DNA of 62,222 nucleotides, counting the filler, from Asterionella formosa (taxonomy: Eukaryota): the NCBI GenBank assembly GCA_002256025.1. It is 17 parts of 17 records of this genome, joined end to end, with 100 filler letters (N's around TTAATTAATTAA, not from the genome) between each part and the next. Parts side by side here need not be neighbours in the genome. Positions count along the whole stretch, not along the records: positions 26,020 to 56,230 come from NKIB01000899.1; 16 more parts are not named here. One strand, written 5' to 3'. The position numbers and the translations under genes are program-made. The first letter of the stretch is position 1. Every line of letters begins with the position of its first letter. Below are positions 37,367 through 51,000 of this stretch, piece after piece. The notes under the pieces were generated by a model that was not told where the DNA came from, did no database searches, and saw nothing but the letters and a program-made list of their open reading frames with translations.

Positions 37367-39886
37367 TGCAAATAAAAACTATCATATTCCTATGATACAT
37401 CATAGGATTATGATCATCTGATCATAATTTTTGGTTATATCATCTAATAATTTTGATAAATGCCCTCGTAATTTAAAAAGTAACCATTTTGACTATGGAA
37501 ATTTAATTTTTATATGTATTGTTTCTTTTAGTTTCCTTTATTTAAATTTCTTGGTAGGATAATGTACCAGTTAAAGTAATGTGGTTTGGCTCATCATCCT
37601 TGCCAGTCCTCACTCTGATTCTTGCAACAACGAGGACAAAGCAGCCATGTCGAGAGGAACAAGTGTTTGTGATAAAATCTCCATTTGTCGTTCAAGTCAT
37701 GATCATATGTCTTCGATGAATCATCATCTACATTGCACAGTATGTTCATACTATGCAATCCGTTAAGAGCTTGAAAAGAAATCCAATGAAAACTAAATGG
37801 CTTGTCATGAAAGACGAATATTTCCGGTCTGTCAATGTTGCATCCATCAGTATTACAACCTCAATTATAGCTAAACAACAACATCCATTATAGAACAGCA
37901 GCACAATCTACTTCTCTGTAGTAATATGGTCTCTCTAACAAGAACGTTATACATCTAGAATTGAAACACAGCATAGCAGGAGATATGCACAAAGAAGCAT
38001 GGCTGAGACTATCAATTTATAGTAACAGAGTGTTTCTGGTTTCATAATTTTCATATCTCATCAGATTTCCTTTGTCATCGTACTACTAGTTCTTTACCCT
38101 TTGAAGACAGGAGCATATTTTTTGATGTATCTGGAATGTTTCAATGGATGGCAGCAATTGGATTTAGACACAAACCTCGACAAAAGCACTAGTACTTTGT
38201 GGATGTTCATAAAAAGCCAGACACTTTGGCCTATCAACCACCAGCCAGTCTATACTGCAAAAATGCAAGAAGCACAAGTTGAATGCCCATTTATGGATTC
38301 AAGTTTCGGTAGTGTAACAATGTAAAATATTAGAAACCGGAAGTCACATTTCATCTAATTACGGTTATCATTAGCTATACTAGCTAGTATTGATTGCGAG
38401 GAAGCGATGGTAGAATGCCAAACAGGCAGGGGCAAACACAGAGAATCCTACTATGTTTTCTCCACAATGATATCAGACCCTTCTGGAATGTCACTTGCTA
38501 CAGAAAATGGAGAATAGCCGCCATGATCTGTTGATTGCTGCTGTATGGTGCCACTGACCAAAACCTCCAGAAAGGTCAATGAGTTGCTTGTTTATTGACT
38601 TGAATGCAAAAGGGGTCGAAACCAGTGGAAAAATCAAAAGGGAAATAAAAATGTTCTACGAACATCAGGAAAAATGCTCTGCAAACATCAGGACAATTAT
38701 GAAAGAGAAATGAAGGTTCTTGGGATGAGAAGTAAAGGGATAATTGCTTCTGGTCTTGCGGGAACAAGAATAGATCGACCCAAACTATGTTGACAAATAG
38801 GTACATACAGGGAAAGGAAGCAATGCTTTCGGCATCATCAATCTATACACAAGCCTGCGCCACCTGACATCAATATAGCTACCTCGACTTCATCAATGAA
38901 GAAGTCAATGGGTGGAGCATTTGAGGAAAATCGGGGTTGAGGTTTTGTTGACGCCAACGTGCTTGGCTGAACTTGCAGATGAAGGCATTGAGTAACCTGG
39001 GCCTGTGAAAGCCAAAGGATAAAGAAAATCTATGACAAAGGTGGTGAGATAGTGTTTAGGAGGGGGGAGCAAAAGTTAGTATCATAGCTGAACGCATTCG
39101 AAACTCGTATAGACAATAAATAAGGGCATAACCTTGGCTGCTCTTGGCTGATCTTGGCTGACAGTTGCCAAGTCAAGCACAAACACAACGAGGGTGCACA
39201 AAACTTAGTTGTGAGACTCACCATTCTGCAATGGGGTGGACTTTGATCATTGCTTCGTTCAAAGCACAATCAATTCGAATGCTTTCCAGCGAAACCGCCA
39301 ATGAAAACAATTGTGGCGAAAAAGCGCAGAACAGATCAAGAGCGAGATTTCATAGGAATTAAAATAACAGGGCATATATGATGCACTGCTCCTTGTGTAG
39401 ACTAGCTATATTTGATCATTTCCATATTTCATACTATACAGGTGCAGCATGGATGATTCCTCCCGCCCTTTCATTAGATATGCAACCATGTTGCGATAAT
39501 TCTACAGGACCTATAAGATTGGTAGTCTGGTGGTCATCATTTCTGCATTGTATATTCAACAGTAGGAGTCATGTATGCATGCATGCTGCGATAATTCTTA
39601 CAAGACAAAAATTTGGTAGCTTGGGGGTTATTACTTCCGTACTGTATACAGGGGGGAAGGGGTTGCATGCATGAGCAACTACTCCGGTATAAACTATGAT
39701 TGTTAATCAATACATTTTGATTCTTTATCATTTACCTTTGATCATAACATATTGATCATATGATAAATGGTGTCATTGATGAGAAAATGAAAGATCAAAA
39801 TTTATTTTCAAGAATCAGGATTAATTGATCTTAAAAATATGATCAAATGATCCTAAACACATGAGCATATTCAGTTTTCCGCTGCA
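37367..39886. mobile_element. Putative degenerate DNA transposon with imperfect TIRs and TGATCA-rich subterminal repeats
   Basis: Left TGCAAATAAAAACT..ATATTC..ATG..GATCATCTGATCATAATTTTT versus reverse complement of right end TGCAGCGGAAAACTGAATATGCTCATG..GATCATTTGATCATATTTTT; the right part is repeated at 60328-61295. Confidence 0.45.
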
Positions 39887-40710
39887 CTATTGTGGTATTT
39901 CCATGATAGACTCCCGTTTATTAAGGGGCTTAATTAAATCAGCCAGTGACTTGTAGATACAAGAATTGACACAAAACAATTTGAAAACAATCAACAGGAG
40001 TTCGTGGAAAACTATGAACTCATCATGCATCGTATATATTTGAATTATGTATAATCAAAATTGATATTAGCATACACAGGATGTGCTGTATAATGAGCGT
40101 GTTTAAAACTATGTAAATGTTTAACTACATACACATTTAAACTTCTTACAAATCTTTATTTATATATGTATTCATGGCTGAAACATTTGAAATAATGTTT
40201 TCATGTTCCTTGTCATGCATACACTTTGCTCCTGAAATGAAGGATCATCACACATGATGACGCGGAAAACGAAAGAGATAATACAGCACAATGATACTTG
40301 CGGCTTAGAAGAGGGGGGCGGAATCAATTGATGGTAAGTCAAGAGCAAATGCCTTTCATGTTTCTTGTCATGCATCCACTTCCTGAAATGAAGGATCTCA
40401 AGTAACACATGATGCGAAAAACTGAAGTGACAATACAGCACGATGATACACCATGCGGCTAAGAATGAGTGAATATGACGAAGAAGGGCGGAATCAACAA
40501 GCTGTGCATAGTATCACGGCGTGTTAAGAGCAATTTCCAGGATGATCAATTGCTGGGATTACAAATATGGAATGACTCATCCCCTTTCAGTGATTCAATA
40601 GCTCCTTTTCGATTCAGAGGCTGGCCAACCATCAATGTGGACAAAAGAAATCGGTAAGTGCTATCAGCCATCTTTGGATCAATCCACAACTGTTAGAAAA
40701 ACTGACACAT
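38797..40710. repeat. Segment duplicated at 60328-62222 (same orientation, with indels)
   Basis: Colinear similarity over the whole last contig. Confidence 0.9.
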
Positions 40711-41507
40711 ATGTGTTGCTTCTCTCAGGATACTGGTAGTCAAACAGTATTTGTAAGTTACAAACAACAGCAGCATTGTAGCCCATTTATTGATCGATAC
40801 TTTCTTATTTAATCTTCAACTGACACTCACATTATTTTACAGAAATATGCATGAGTTACTTCCTCAATTTGTGGTAAGTGAAGATGGAAGCGAAATGCAT
40901 GTTGTTGTGTAAGCAAAACATGAACAGCTAACAGTGAATTGCTTCTCTTTGTTAGTATGGCTGATTGGGACAACGAAACGGATTCAATAGTAATAGGAAA
41001 ATGCGTGAATGCAAACTCAGATCCGTCAGGAGTAAATGGAACAACGCAGGGGAACAACGGCAAGGCAACCAGCACTACTACAACAACCTTCAGAATTGGA
41101 TTGGGGGGAAGGTGGAAGTGAAAGCGGCACCAACAATCATTGCGATGAGAGCAATTGTAGAACATTCTGTAGCCACTCAAGATATAGAAAGCAACATAAA
41201 ACCATTCTTATATATAGTTCTAAATTTTGATTAATGTCATCCTATTTTAGACAGTGAATTTCGATTAATGTCAACCTATTTTAGACAGTGATATCGATGA
41301 GAATTACGATCATGCTAAGATAGATGTATGACAAAAGTATACACATCATATGACCATGTTTAACTAATTATATGATGCAATGGTATCATAACTATGATAG
41401 TATCATCATAAATCAAGCTCAATTAAAGTTTACTACATGATCATAATTATATGATACATTGATCATACTTTTGATCGAATAACTATCATATATGTAAAAA
41501 TCCTGTG
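40075..41507. mobile_element. Possible CACTA/EnSpm-like (CACAG) element remnant
   Basis: 8-bp inverted termini CACAGGAT...ATCCTGTG; ATGATCAT-rich subterminal region 41300-41495; no TSD found. Confidence 0.3.
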
Positions 41508-41591
41508 CCACTTGGCGTACAATACCCTTGATCCTATATTCATGATAGTTTTTATTTACAGACGACATCTTGCACCTTGATTGACCTCTTG

Positions 41592-41867
41592 TGTTGAAAC
41601 TGCGTCCCGAAGCCCTATATTGCTTTCTTGTATCCTGTAAGGACACGTCCGGGACCACATAGGCTGTATATATGAACAACGATGTGCAGTAATAGATTGT
41701 AATCGTTCCTAAGAATTTTAGTAGAATTATGGGTTTTACTGGCGCTGTAGATTGTTTTCGAATTCTGAGTTTTCGCTGGTAACATATTCTTTTTTGATTT
41801 ATTTGATTCAATATGTCGTAGGTAATTCATACCGGGATTTTTCTTTCCTAAAATAGTTTCTCCAACA
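41592..41867 (-). repeat. 3' LTR (276 bp), preceded on the minus strand by a short PPT-like AGCAGGAGTG
   Basis: Direct repeat of 46763-47126; TG...CA termini. Confidence 0.95.
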
Positions 41868-44800
41868 CACTCCTGCTGGACGCAGATGCTCACTTTGAAT
41901 TCATAATTTGCTCACGAAAGTGAATGAATCTCGTTCCAACCAGTGGTTTTGTCATGTAGTCTGCAATCATTGCATCCGTTGGACAGTACTTAATCTTTGC
42001 TTCCTTTCTTTCAATAAGATCAGAAATGTAAAAATACTTGATGTTGAAATGTTGCGTGCATTTTCCTGAACTTGCCTTTCCATTAGCTTCTAGTTTCATT
42101 GCGCTAGTGTTGTCATGGTAAATGACATTCGTAGTCACCTTGTGTCCTTGTGCTTCAAGAAATAATTTCGTCCGCAATACCTTTGAAATAATGTTGTCGA
42201 CACCAACCAATTCTGCTTCAATCGAACTTCTAGTGTTCACTTTCTGTTTTGTAGACATAGAACAAATAATTCCGTTTCTAAGTGACAATGTAGCTCCTGT
42301 GTGACTTTTAAAATCTTTGTGTACTGCAAACGCCGCATCAACATACCATTTAATGCTCTGAGTGTCATCAGTACTCATAGATGCAACCTTATTCTGGGTT
42401 GCTTTCAAGAAATTCATGATCTTGACTAATTTTTCCAAATCGCCTTCATTCGGTTCAGTAGCTCGGGTTGCCAGGATTGCAATTCCTGGTTGAATGTCCA
42501 GTCTTCCTCGCTTACATAGGAACATTCCTTTCATAACAAAAGTATGAAATATTTTTGCTTTTTTCGAATTCAAGCTTCTTTGATGTCGTATCAAGCACCT
42601 GTGAACAATTTATCTGTCCATGGAAATTCTCCGACACCTTCAAGTTTCTCTGGAAATTAAAAATCATTGTTTTCACATATTTAGTCATGTCCACCCTCAA
42701 CACTCTTGGAAGAGAGTAATCTAGTGTCATTGCCGAATAATCATGCTTCTTTCCACACATGACCTTGACTACACCAATATCGTCAGAAGCGTATTTCGTT
42801 TTGAGCCATTCCAAAAATTGATCATTTACTTTGCTGTCCACGTGACTAGAATTTCAAATCGTCTACGTGCCAAGTAATTGTGTGCTGTTTGCCATTAACA
42901 GTGCGATTTGCAACGCATGGATCATATGGGTTGACCTTGAATCCAATTGACTCAATATTCTTCCGAAATTTCTTGTAATATAACAATGATGACTGTATCA
43001 TGCCATATAATGCCTTGATCATCCTAACATATAGGACCTTGTTGTTTACTTCATAAACAAAATATTTTTCATAAGTCTCGGGGCTGAGTTCTGTCAACAT
43101 ATTGACAAGTAAACCTCTAATCTTCATAATGATTTGCTCCCCTTTTTTCTTTCTCATCGATATCTACTTGCACAAATGCATTGGGTATATCTGCAGTCAT
43201 AACATCGCGATTTTGTTTTGCATCAACTGCTGCTGTTATCATAACAGATTCAGTCATGGTAGTTGGACTAGCTGCTTCATCTCTTTCCATGTATTCACGT
43301 TGTGAACTGCCATTGGCACAAGCTCTGCCTTTAATACTCTTGTCTCCCTTTTCAACCAAAAAATTAGACTTTCCATTGCACGTCGCCTTTCGATCTCTGT
43401 TAGGTCTTCAATCCTGATCGGTTCAAATACAGCTCTATCATGTAGTTGTTTCATTTCTTTATACGCAGCATCTCTTCCTTTCTGGTCAAATTTCTTGAGG
43501 CCTTTTCTTAAGCTGTATGACTGAACAAAATGAATTGCTTCTTTATCGATACACATCTCATTCAAATAACACATTGTCATGGCGATCACTTTCGCATTAT
43601 CAGTCGTGTATTCTTCTTGACAGTGTGCTTGGGTATGCAAATGATGTTGGACCATAGTTAGTTTTGATGGTGGTCTTAAGACTCTTCCATACCTTGTAGT
43701 TCTAACATTTGGGTCTGTGTCATCCTCATTGCTTGGATTGACTTCTAACATTGCCTCTTCATTTTCATTTACTGGTCATCCTCTTGGATATTGTTTAATT
43801 CAAGCTGTTCTGCTTCATATATTTCATCCGGAATTATTTCATCATAGTCTTCTCCGAGAATTTCATCACTGCTTTCATCGTCACTAGCGTGTTGATCTTC
43901 ATAATCTTCATCTTGTGCATCTTCAAATGCTTCATTGTCATAATACACTCCTGCAATCCAAGCAATATCATAAAATAGTTGTCCCGTTCGATTTGATATC
44001 TTGAGACCATCTGGAATATTTTCCTGCACAGCAAAGGCATGTACTTGATTTATGATTGCTGGGGCAAGTGGTAGAGGAGTAACTGCTTGTCTAGTGATCA
44101 ATGAATCTGTACTAGGTAGGTGTAATAGTGCATGACATCCTTGCACGTTGTCATTGTAGCGTAGATAAATGCAATCTAGGCTGCATGGTGCATTAGTGTT
44201 TTAAAACACGGGTTCTTCATGTGCTTGGACATAAGTGCCAAATGTATACTGACAATGTCGAGCATAGTCCAGATTTCGTTGATGTAAAATTATACGGGGA
44301 CATCCTGTTCTTTGCCGGAAAGAAATTCAGTCTCTTTGCAGATTCTGTGACTAGAATCTTAATCATCAGTCGTGCCAAATGTTTGAAAGGTAATCGATGA
44401 TAAGCTGCATGCACGCGTTCTTTAATCACTCGATTATTTCGCTCCGCTTCAGGAACATGTTCTTGTGGGTTTGCGTAGTTCATAGTGACTTGAAATTCAT
44501 TGGAAAGTTGTTCCATCAAAGGTCAAAACTCGTTGTCACAGTGGATTGTTGCAATTTTAAATTTTCCGGCATTATAAACATGGAATACCTGAGTCACAGC
44601 ATCTCGATAGACATCAGCTGTCTGATTCTTGACCCATTGCGCTGACCTATACATAATATTTCGAGAAATTATTGTGAGAAATGATTGTCCATTCACTTTC
44701 ATTCCATCCATGCAAAGAGTCACTTCCCGTTGAGCTTTGATAAGCTCTTTAGGAATCTCGATGTAGTCATTCACAACTGGCAGCGGCTTGCGACAAGTTG

Positions 44801-46748
44801 TCTTGCCTTTTAGTGTTCCGACGTCAGGTCCGAAAATTTTCTCGGCAATCTTGATATCATCGGTAGTCACTGGATTATTTTTGATCTTATTCATACAAAT
44901 TATTGCCTTGAAATCATTACTTGACGGTGTACCCAAGGCACGAAATAGATCATGAGCTCGCTTGACTCTTTCAAATTGACGTTCAGTGTAGAATGTTTTG
45001 TTTTCTTCAACTGTATTTAAAATTTGAGCATTCTCCGCCTTAATTGTTGTAGGAGGCTTGAAAACATATAGATTCATCCCAATTCTTTCAAATCGAACTG
45101 GTTTGTCAGGCAAATGAACAATAAATGCATCTTCTTTCTCAGAGTTGTAGGTAATCCTGTGCCTATCTGCCATTTCGGCATAACTGAAGATGTTGGTGAT
45201 TGCCTTGTCATTGAGCCATACTTCTCTACATTGTGGAAGATCAGCCTTAAATTTGTGGCCAGGTGCATGCTTCCATTGGTTGACATTCGAATGTTTTCAA
45301 CCATTTTTGGATTGCAAAAGACTGTGACACTTGATTGATTATCCAATAGTATCCAGTCACACATCTCAGATGCTTGGTAAAATTGTAGGTTCATATGAGC
45401 TCCCGCCCATCCAAATTGATTGACATTTGCTTGTTGTCAAGCTTGTGATGACAGTGGGTTGTTGGAATTAACAGAGGTAACCGTACTAGTCTCTGATGTA
45501 GAAGCCTGTGACTGTGCATGGCTTTGGGCCTTGTTGATAGCCCATTCCTCTTTGGGTTTATTCTTGTCTTGGCACAAAGGAGATTTGTGACCTGCTCTAC
45601 CACAGCAGTGACATTTTCCTTCCAACTGTGCAAACGATAAGTTCACATCTTCATCTTCCTTGCCTGTATCCTTTTGTTCTGTCTTTATTATGATCTCCTG
45701 GTTTCTTATGACTGTTGGGTTTATTTATTATGTCAAACCGATGGTTGCTGAGAACATTATTTGATTCAGTGGTGGTCTTCGGGTATTGATTGTTGCCAAG
45801 TGATTGTTGAGTGTTCAGCCCGGTCATAATTGATCCATATTTGGCTTTATCCGCATTATTGAGGTATAAATAGGCCATAAATTGACTGAATGCTTGTTCA
45901 CGAAATTTATTTTGTAGCTTGATGTTGGTCTTGTTGTACCCATCGATGGCTTCAACGAACTTGGTGAGGATAATGGGTCCTCCAATGTGTGACTTGCCAC
46001 ACGAAATCTCTTGGTGTAGTCTTGTAGACTTTCTCCTTCTTTTTTCTTTGTAAATAAAAGCGTTGCATCTAAAATGATCGACATTGAATATCGATTCCCT
46101 TGAAAATTTAGTGCGTGTTCTTTAATTGCCATAAGCAATGTTATTGGGTTATTTTTGATCCTATTGTAATCGGATCTCGCTTCGATCTTGTTCTTCATAG
46201 CCTTGTGGCATCTTTCCCAGAGCAACGCATATGCCTTGGTGTTATTATTTTCATAGGTCTATAACCTCTTGCTGTACGCGTTGTAATCGGCCTTAAACTT
46301 GATCTCAAATTGCCGATTCTCTGCAGTTCGATCTTCTTCTGTAGTTGCAGAGCTAAGCTGCATTCTTGGCTTCCATGCCAATGTGCTCATTGGTTCTAAT
46401 AACTCGAGCGCGGTTCCTATGTCGTTGCCATAGTCGAACACTTTCTTGATGTAGTTGATGAGGTACTCAGTAGTAGTCTCATAATCAAATGCCTGCTTCG
46501 ATGATCCAAGGTAGTACTTATAGTCATCAACTGACTTCTTGATGGTGTGAAAATCATTATTGCTCCCTCCCTTGGCTTGAAACTTGCCCTTGGCCTGAGC
46601 CTTCTTGGTAAACTTTCCTTTGCCACTCATGATGCGCCTTGTGCCACTTCTTCATACTCTGGATGGTCTGGTACCCTCAGATCTTGTCTCCGGACTCTCA
46701 ACGGTCCACCTGTTGTTGATTGTAATATTACGGCTCTTCCTGGCCGGC

Positions 46749-46762
46749 TAATTCTACTAAAC
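46749..46762 (-). promoter_or_regulatory. Non-tRNA primer-binding site, complementary to LTR-internal site 46887-46901
   Basis: Minus strand GTTTAGTAGAATTA directly follows the LTR end; no TGG. Confidence 0.65.
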
Positions 46763-47126
46763 TGTTGAAATTGCGTCCTGAAGCCCTCTATTGCTTTCTT
46801 GTATCCAGAAAGGACACATCAGGGACCAAATAGGCTGTAGATATTAGGAACAATGTTGCAGTAATTGATTGTAATCGTTCCTAAGAGTTTTAGTAGAATT
46901 ATGGGTTTTACTGGCAATGTAGATTGTTTTCGAATTCTGAGTTTTCTCTGGTACCATATTCTTTTTGAATCAATTGTAATTGTTCCTAAGAGTTTTACTG
47001 GCGATGTAGATTGTTTTCGAATTCTGATTTTTCTCTGGTACCATATTCCTTTTTGATTTATTTGATTCAATATGTAGTAGGTAATTCATAACGGGATTTT
47101 TCTTTCCTTAAATAGTTTCTCCAACA
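46763..47126 (-). repeat. 5' LTR (364 bp, with an internal ~90-bp tandem duplication)
   Basis: Direct repeat of 41592-41867; TG...CA termini. Confidence 0.95.
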
Positions 47127-47955
47127 TCTTGCTGCATCAGCAAACCAAATCTGGTTTGGCTTTGCTACTTTTCTCATCTGCTGTAAATTAATCAATTTGG
47201 GAATCAACTGACATCGAAGGCCAACTTTCTGATCCATTGGTAGAAATGTTTATTTGAATGCACGGTGAAGTATACTTGTAATGACACTTGTGGTATCGCT
47301 TGGGCAACATGCCAAACCACAATTGATGCAGTTGGACTGAGTACATGCTCATGCATGGGGTCCTTGATATGATGTCATTTACTTCCTTCCTTATCAGACA
47401 TTATTAATATCTCAATTCACTAAAAGATTACTCTCCACTTGAAGCGAATCAATCAAGACTCTTGCCATCTGTTTTTCGACGGGTTTTCGTTGTGGGACTG
47501 CACCGAGCTCCACCCACTCCAACTGGGAGAATGTCATGAAAAGTGATAGAGAGAAGATCCCCTGGTATTACAACCTTTACCCAGATTGTCTCAGTGACAG
47601 GATTAAGCTTGAAGAAGTCAAATTTAGCGTCCGGATTTCTTGGAGTAACGGCTTGAATGAAGTAATCGTGGGTTTCCGATAGAGGGCTGGAGGGATAAGG
47701 GAAGTAACTGCACTCAAATGAAAAGTGACCTTTAGGCAGTCAGTGCTTTGCCCCTGGCCACATGTTTCTTGTTGAACTGCTTCTAGCGCAGGAAGGGGTG
47801 GACGAACTCGAGGCTTACAGGTTGGTTTCGGTCTTGCTATCTGCTATGCATTATCATTGTCAGCCAAAGGAAACAAAAGGTGCTGCTCGCAACGAACCTC
47901 GTACACATTTTGGTTACCGGTACCAGGTACCAGGTAGTATACACTGATACCCTGA

Positions 47956-50900
47956 CCCCACTTTTTGATAAACCCTTAAACCCTACTAGCCTACATAGTC
48001 TTCGTATAAACCACCAATACGTTTTTGCCACACGAATCTTAGTTGGCTCCTTGACAACACTGCCATGCTGCACAAACGCATGCACATCATTGTGTTTGAA
48101 TTGACTCTGATGCCTCCTCAACCAAAGTTGTCAGAAGAAGATTGCTGACAGAGGTGGAGAAAGTGATTGTCCGAGATATGGCCAAAGCTGGGGTGACCAG
48201 CTCACAAATACAGAGTCACTTGAAGTTCAAAACAGGCAACCAACTAACAACAGCAAGAGAAATTTCGGATGAGGAGGCAGCTGCCAGGAAAGAATTTCTC
48301 AATGGGAGATCACCAGTACAAGCACTTTATGATTTGATTTCGTCTGGTGGATATACTTTTAAAGTGAAACTAGCTAGGCGATAATGGCAATTTGAAAGCA
48401 TTGTTTTTCTTGAACAAGGACAGCATGCTGGCTTTCTCATGCAGGTACTACAAATATGTGTTTATGATGGACTGTTCCTACAAGAAAAATCGATTTGGGA
48501 TGCCGTTACTGAACATTGTTGGGATCACTTCCACCTTCAAACATTCAATGCTGGTTTTGCTTTTTTGTCTGCCGAAAATGAAGATTACCAATGGGCTCTT
48601 GAAGCATATGGGTCAATTGTTGAGCCTAAACTCCTAATCACAGACCCTCCTAATCACAGACCGAGAGCTTGCGCTCATGAATGCCATTAATAGTGTTTTC
48701 CCAAATCGCATACATTTGCTATGCATTTGGCATATGAACACTACTATTTTCACAAACACAATGACAGATAAGTGGGACTCTGAGGAAAAATTCAAAAACT
48801 TTATGGGGAGGACTGGAATTCTCTCCTCTATTCTGGGAAACAAATTGACTTCGAGCATAATTGGCAGGGCTTCCAGGATACTAAGTACAACTCTATTGCA
48901 AAACATTCATTAGATTATATTGCCAGAACTTGGATTCCTTTAAAGGAAAAATGTGTGTCATGTTAGGCAGACAAACACCTCCATCTTGGGTCAGTTACCA
49001 CTTCTAGAATTGAAGGCAACCATTCTGTTTTGAAGAAGTATCTCAAACACATCAATAATGACTTGCTTATGTCTATTCAAAAGATAGACACAATACTTGA
49101 CAACCAAGTCACGGAGATTAATGCTTTGATATGTAAAGAGACAATGCAGATAACCCACCGGCATTCTAACCCAATGATTGCTGCATTGACTCGAAAAATG
49201 TTGCAACATGCCCTAGCTAGATTTGTTCATGGTGGAATTTAAAGCTGCCAAGTATGTTGAAAACTCAATTTGCGAATGTAACTTCAGCACAAAATATGGT
49301 ATCCCATGTAGACATACTATCTGCGACAAAATGGAGAGCTCCGGAACATTCCAAAGCACCGATTTTCACGAGCATTGGATGCTTCAGCATGAGACTTCAT
49401 CCCCAGCAGCCAACAATGTCTCCTCTCCACGACAGAAACGGCTGAACTCAATCCAAGAGACCCTATATTCGGTAGATGCTGATCAAGTTACCGTTTTATT
49501 GCAAAGACTTGAGGAAGCCACTTCTCGACCGCTACATATGCTTTCAAATCCAGTGGCCAGTGTAGTTAGAAAGCGTGGACGTCCTCCAGGTTCTAAGAAC
49601 CGTGCTAGTAATTAACGAGATAAGTCAAGATTTGAATATGTCAGTGGAAATCAATGTGGTTATTGCGGGGTGAATGGGCACAATTCATGTACCTGTCCCA
49701 AATGAATAGCTAGATATACTTATTTTTAGTAAAGCATATCATATGTAGTCAATGCACTCTGAACTACACTTTGAATGCTATTCATTGTTAAACAAAGACT
49801 CAATAGTAAACACCTGGTAAATTGAATATTTTGATCGATATGCTGTAGCAAAGAAATTACCTTTGCACAATACCTGTTGATGCCACTGTCTACACACCCA
49901 TCAGTGTTGAGCAATCTCTTTTCTTCAGCAGCATTTTGTGCTGAAAGTCGAATGAATAGCTCAAGAGAGGAATTGTGGACTCGACAATTAGAAGTTGCTG
50001 ATACACTGCTCTGTGATTTGGGTGGGCTATCTTTCCATCTTTGTAAAGAATGAGTCTCAAACCAGGATTTCCTAAGCATAGAAAATTTCCCAAAGCATTT
50101 GAGATTCAATCCACTGCCTCGGGACCAACTCGCTCACTTGTGCCAGAAAATCAGCAACTTTTGGAAAGTGTCCAATCTGCTACCACACCCGCACCTGGAT
50201 CGCCTTTTTCCAAGTCGAGCCAATCCATGAAGAATTTTTTGCCAAACCATAGAAGCATCAACAGTGAATTGCAATTTGTGCCTTATATGTAGAACAAGGA
50301 CAAGATATACTATAGTATACATTGAACTAATAGTAGAATTTCATCCAAAAGCTCGAAATGTCATTGGACTGACACCTTGTACCTTGTACCTTGCTTGCTT
50401 CAACCTGAGCTCGTTGCAGTATCATATGAGCAATGGATCCTGTGAAATAATGGCCATTGGCTCTCACGTAAAGTCATTGTTCTTTGTTTTGGTGGATCCT
50501 CCAACAATAGAGCCACCACCCGGCTAAGTCAATGCTGAAGATGAGTGTAGTCCATGCTTGCTGGGTCCTGGGTTTCCTCTTGGTGTGGTCTGACAAATAC
50601 AAAGTGATCTATTCACGTATCAACAACAACTGTTTCTATTGTTTGGCTCAAACTCTGGATGTATAGTTGGCCTAGTAATGACGGCTGGAGATACAAGTGC
50701 TGCAGCATGGAAATTGCTGGGTTGTTGTGCTGTTGACTTTGTGGCATGCTAGTCTATCGCCTGTGATTTGAAGCAATTCAGCTGCCAGCGCTTTGGTCAG
50801 ATGAGATTGAACCACCCAGCAGTATGTGTAAATCATTAGCAGAAATACTTTCCGTTCGGAAAATATTTCTGCTGCCAGTTCCATCATGTTTGCAAGTGTC

Positions 50901-51000
50901 ATGGAGGAGTCAACTAAGATTCTTGTGGCAAAAAAGTATTGGTGGTTTATACGAAGACTATGTAGGCTAGAAGGTTTAAGGGTTTATCAAAAAGAGGGGG
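47956..51000 (+). mobile_element. MULE (Mutator/FAR1-like) DNA transposon, degenerate, with ~100-bp TIRs
   Basis: TIRs 47956-48055 and about 50900-51000; transposase fragments 48140-49705: MDCSYKKNRFGMPLL, TDRELALMNA, HLLCIWH, TTSRIEG.H..LK, SWIM-like CEC..GIPCRH, AT-hook KRGRP, CCHC knuckle; no TSD seen. Confidence 0.9.

Larger units (their letters stand above)
41592..47126 (-). mobile_element. Full-length degenerate Ty1/copia (CoDi-type) LTR retrotransposon
   Basis: LTRs read TGTTGG..CAACA; exact 5-bp TSD TCTTG (41587-41591, 47127-47131); gag (46630), CCHC knuckle, PR WILLDNQS, IN, RT HVDDLK, RNase H DAAFAVH...ADYMTKPL (ends 41890); many stops and frameshifts. Confidence 0.97.

Noticed and set aside
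47130..47860. Partly open minus-strand frames next to the copia insertion
   Set aside because: No start, motif or family could be recognised.
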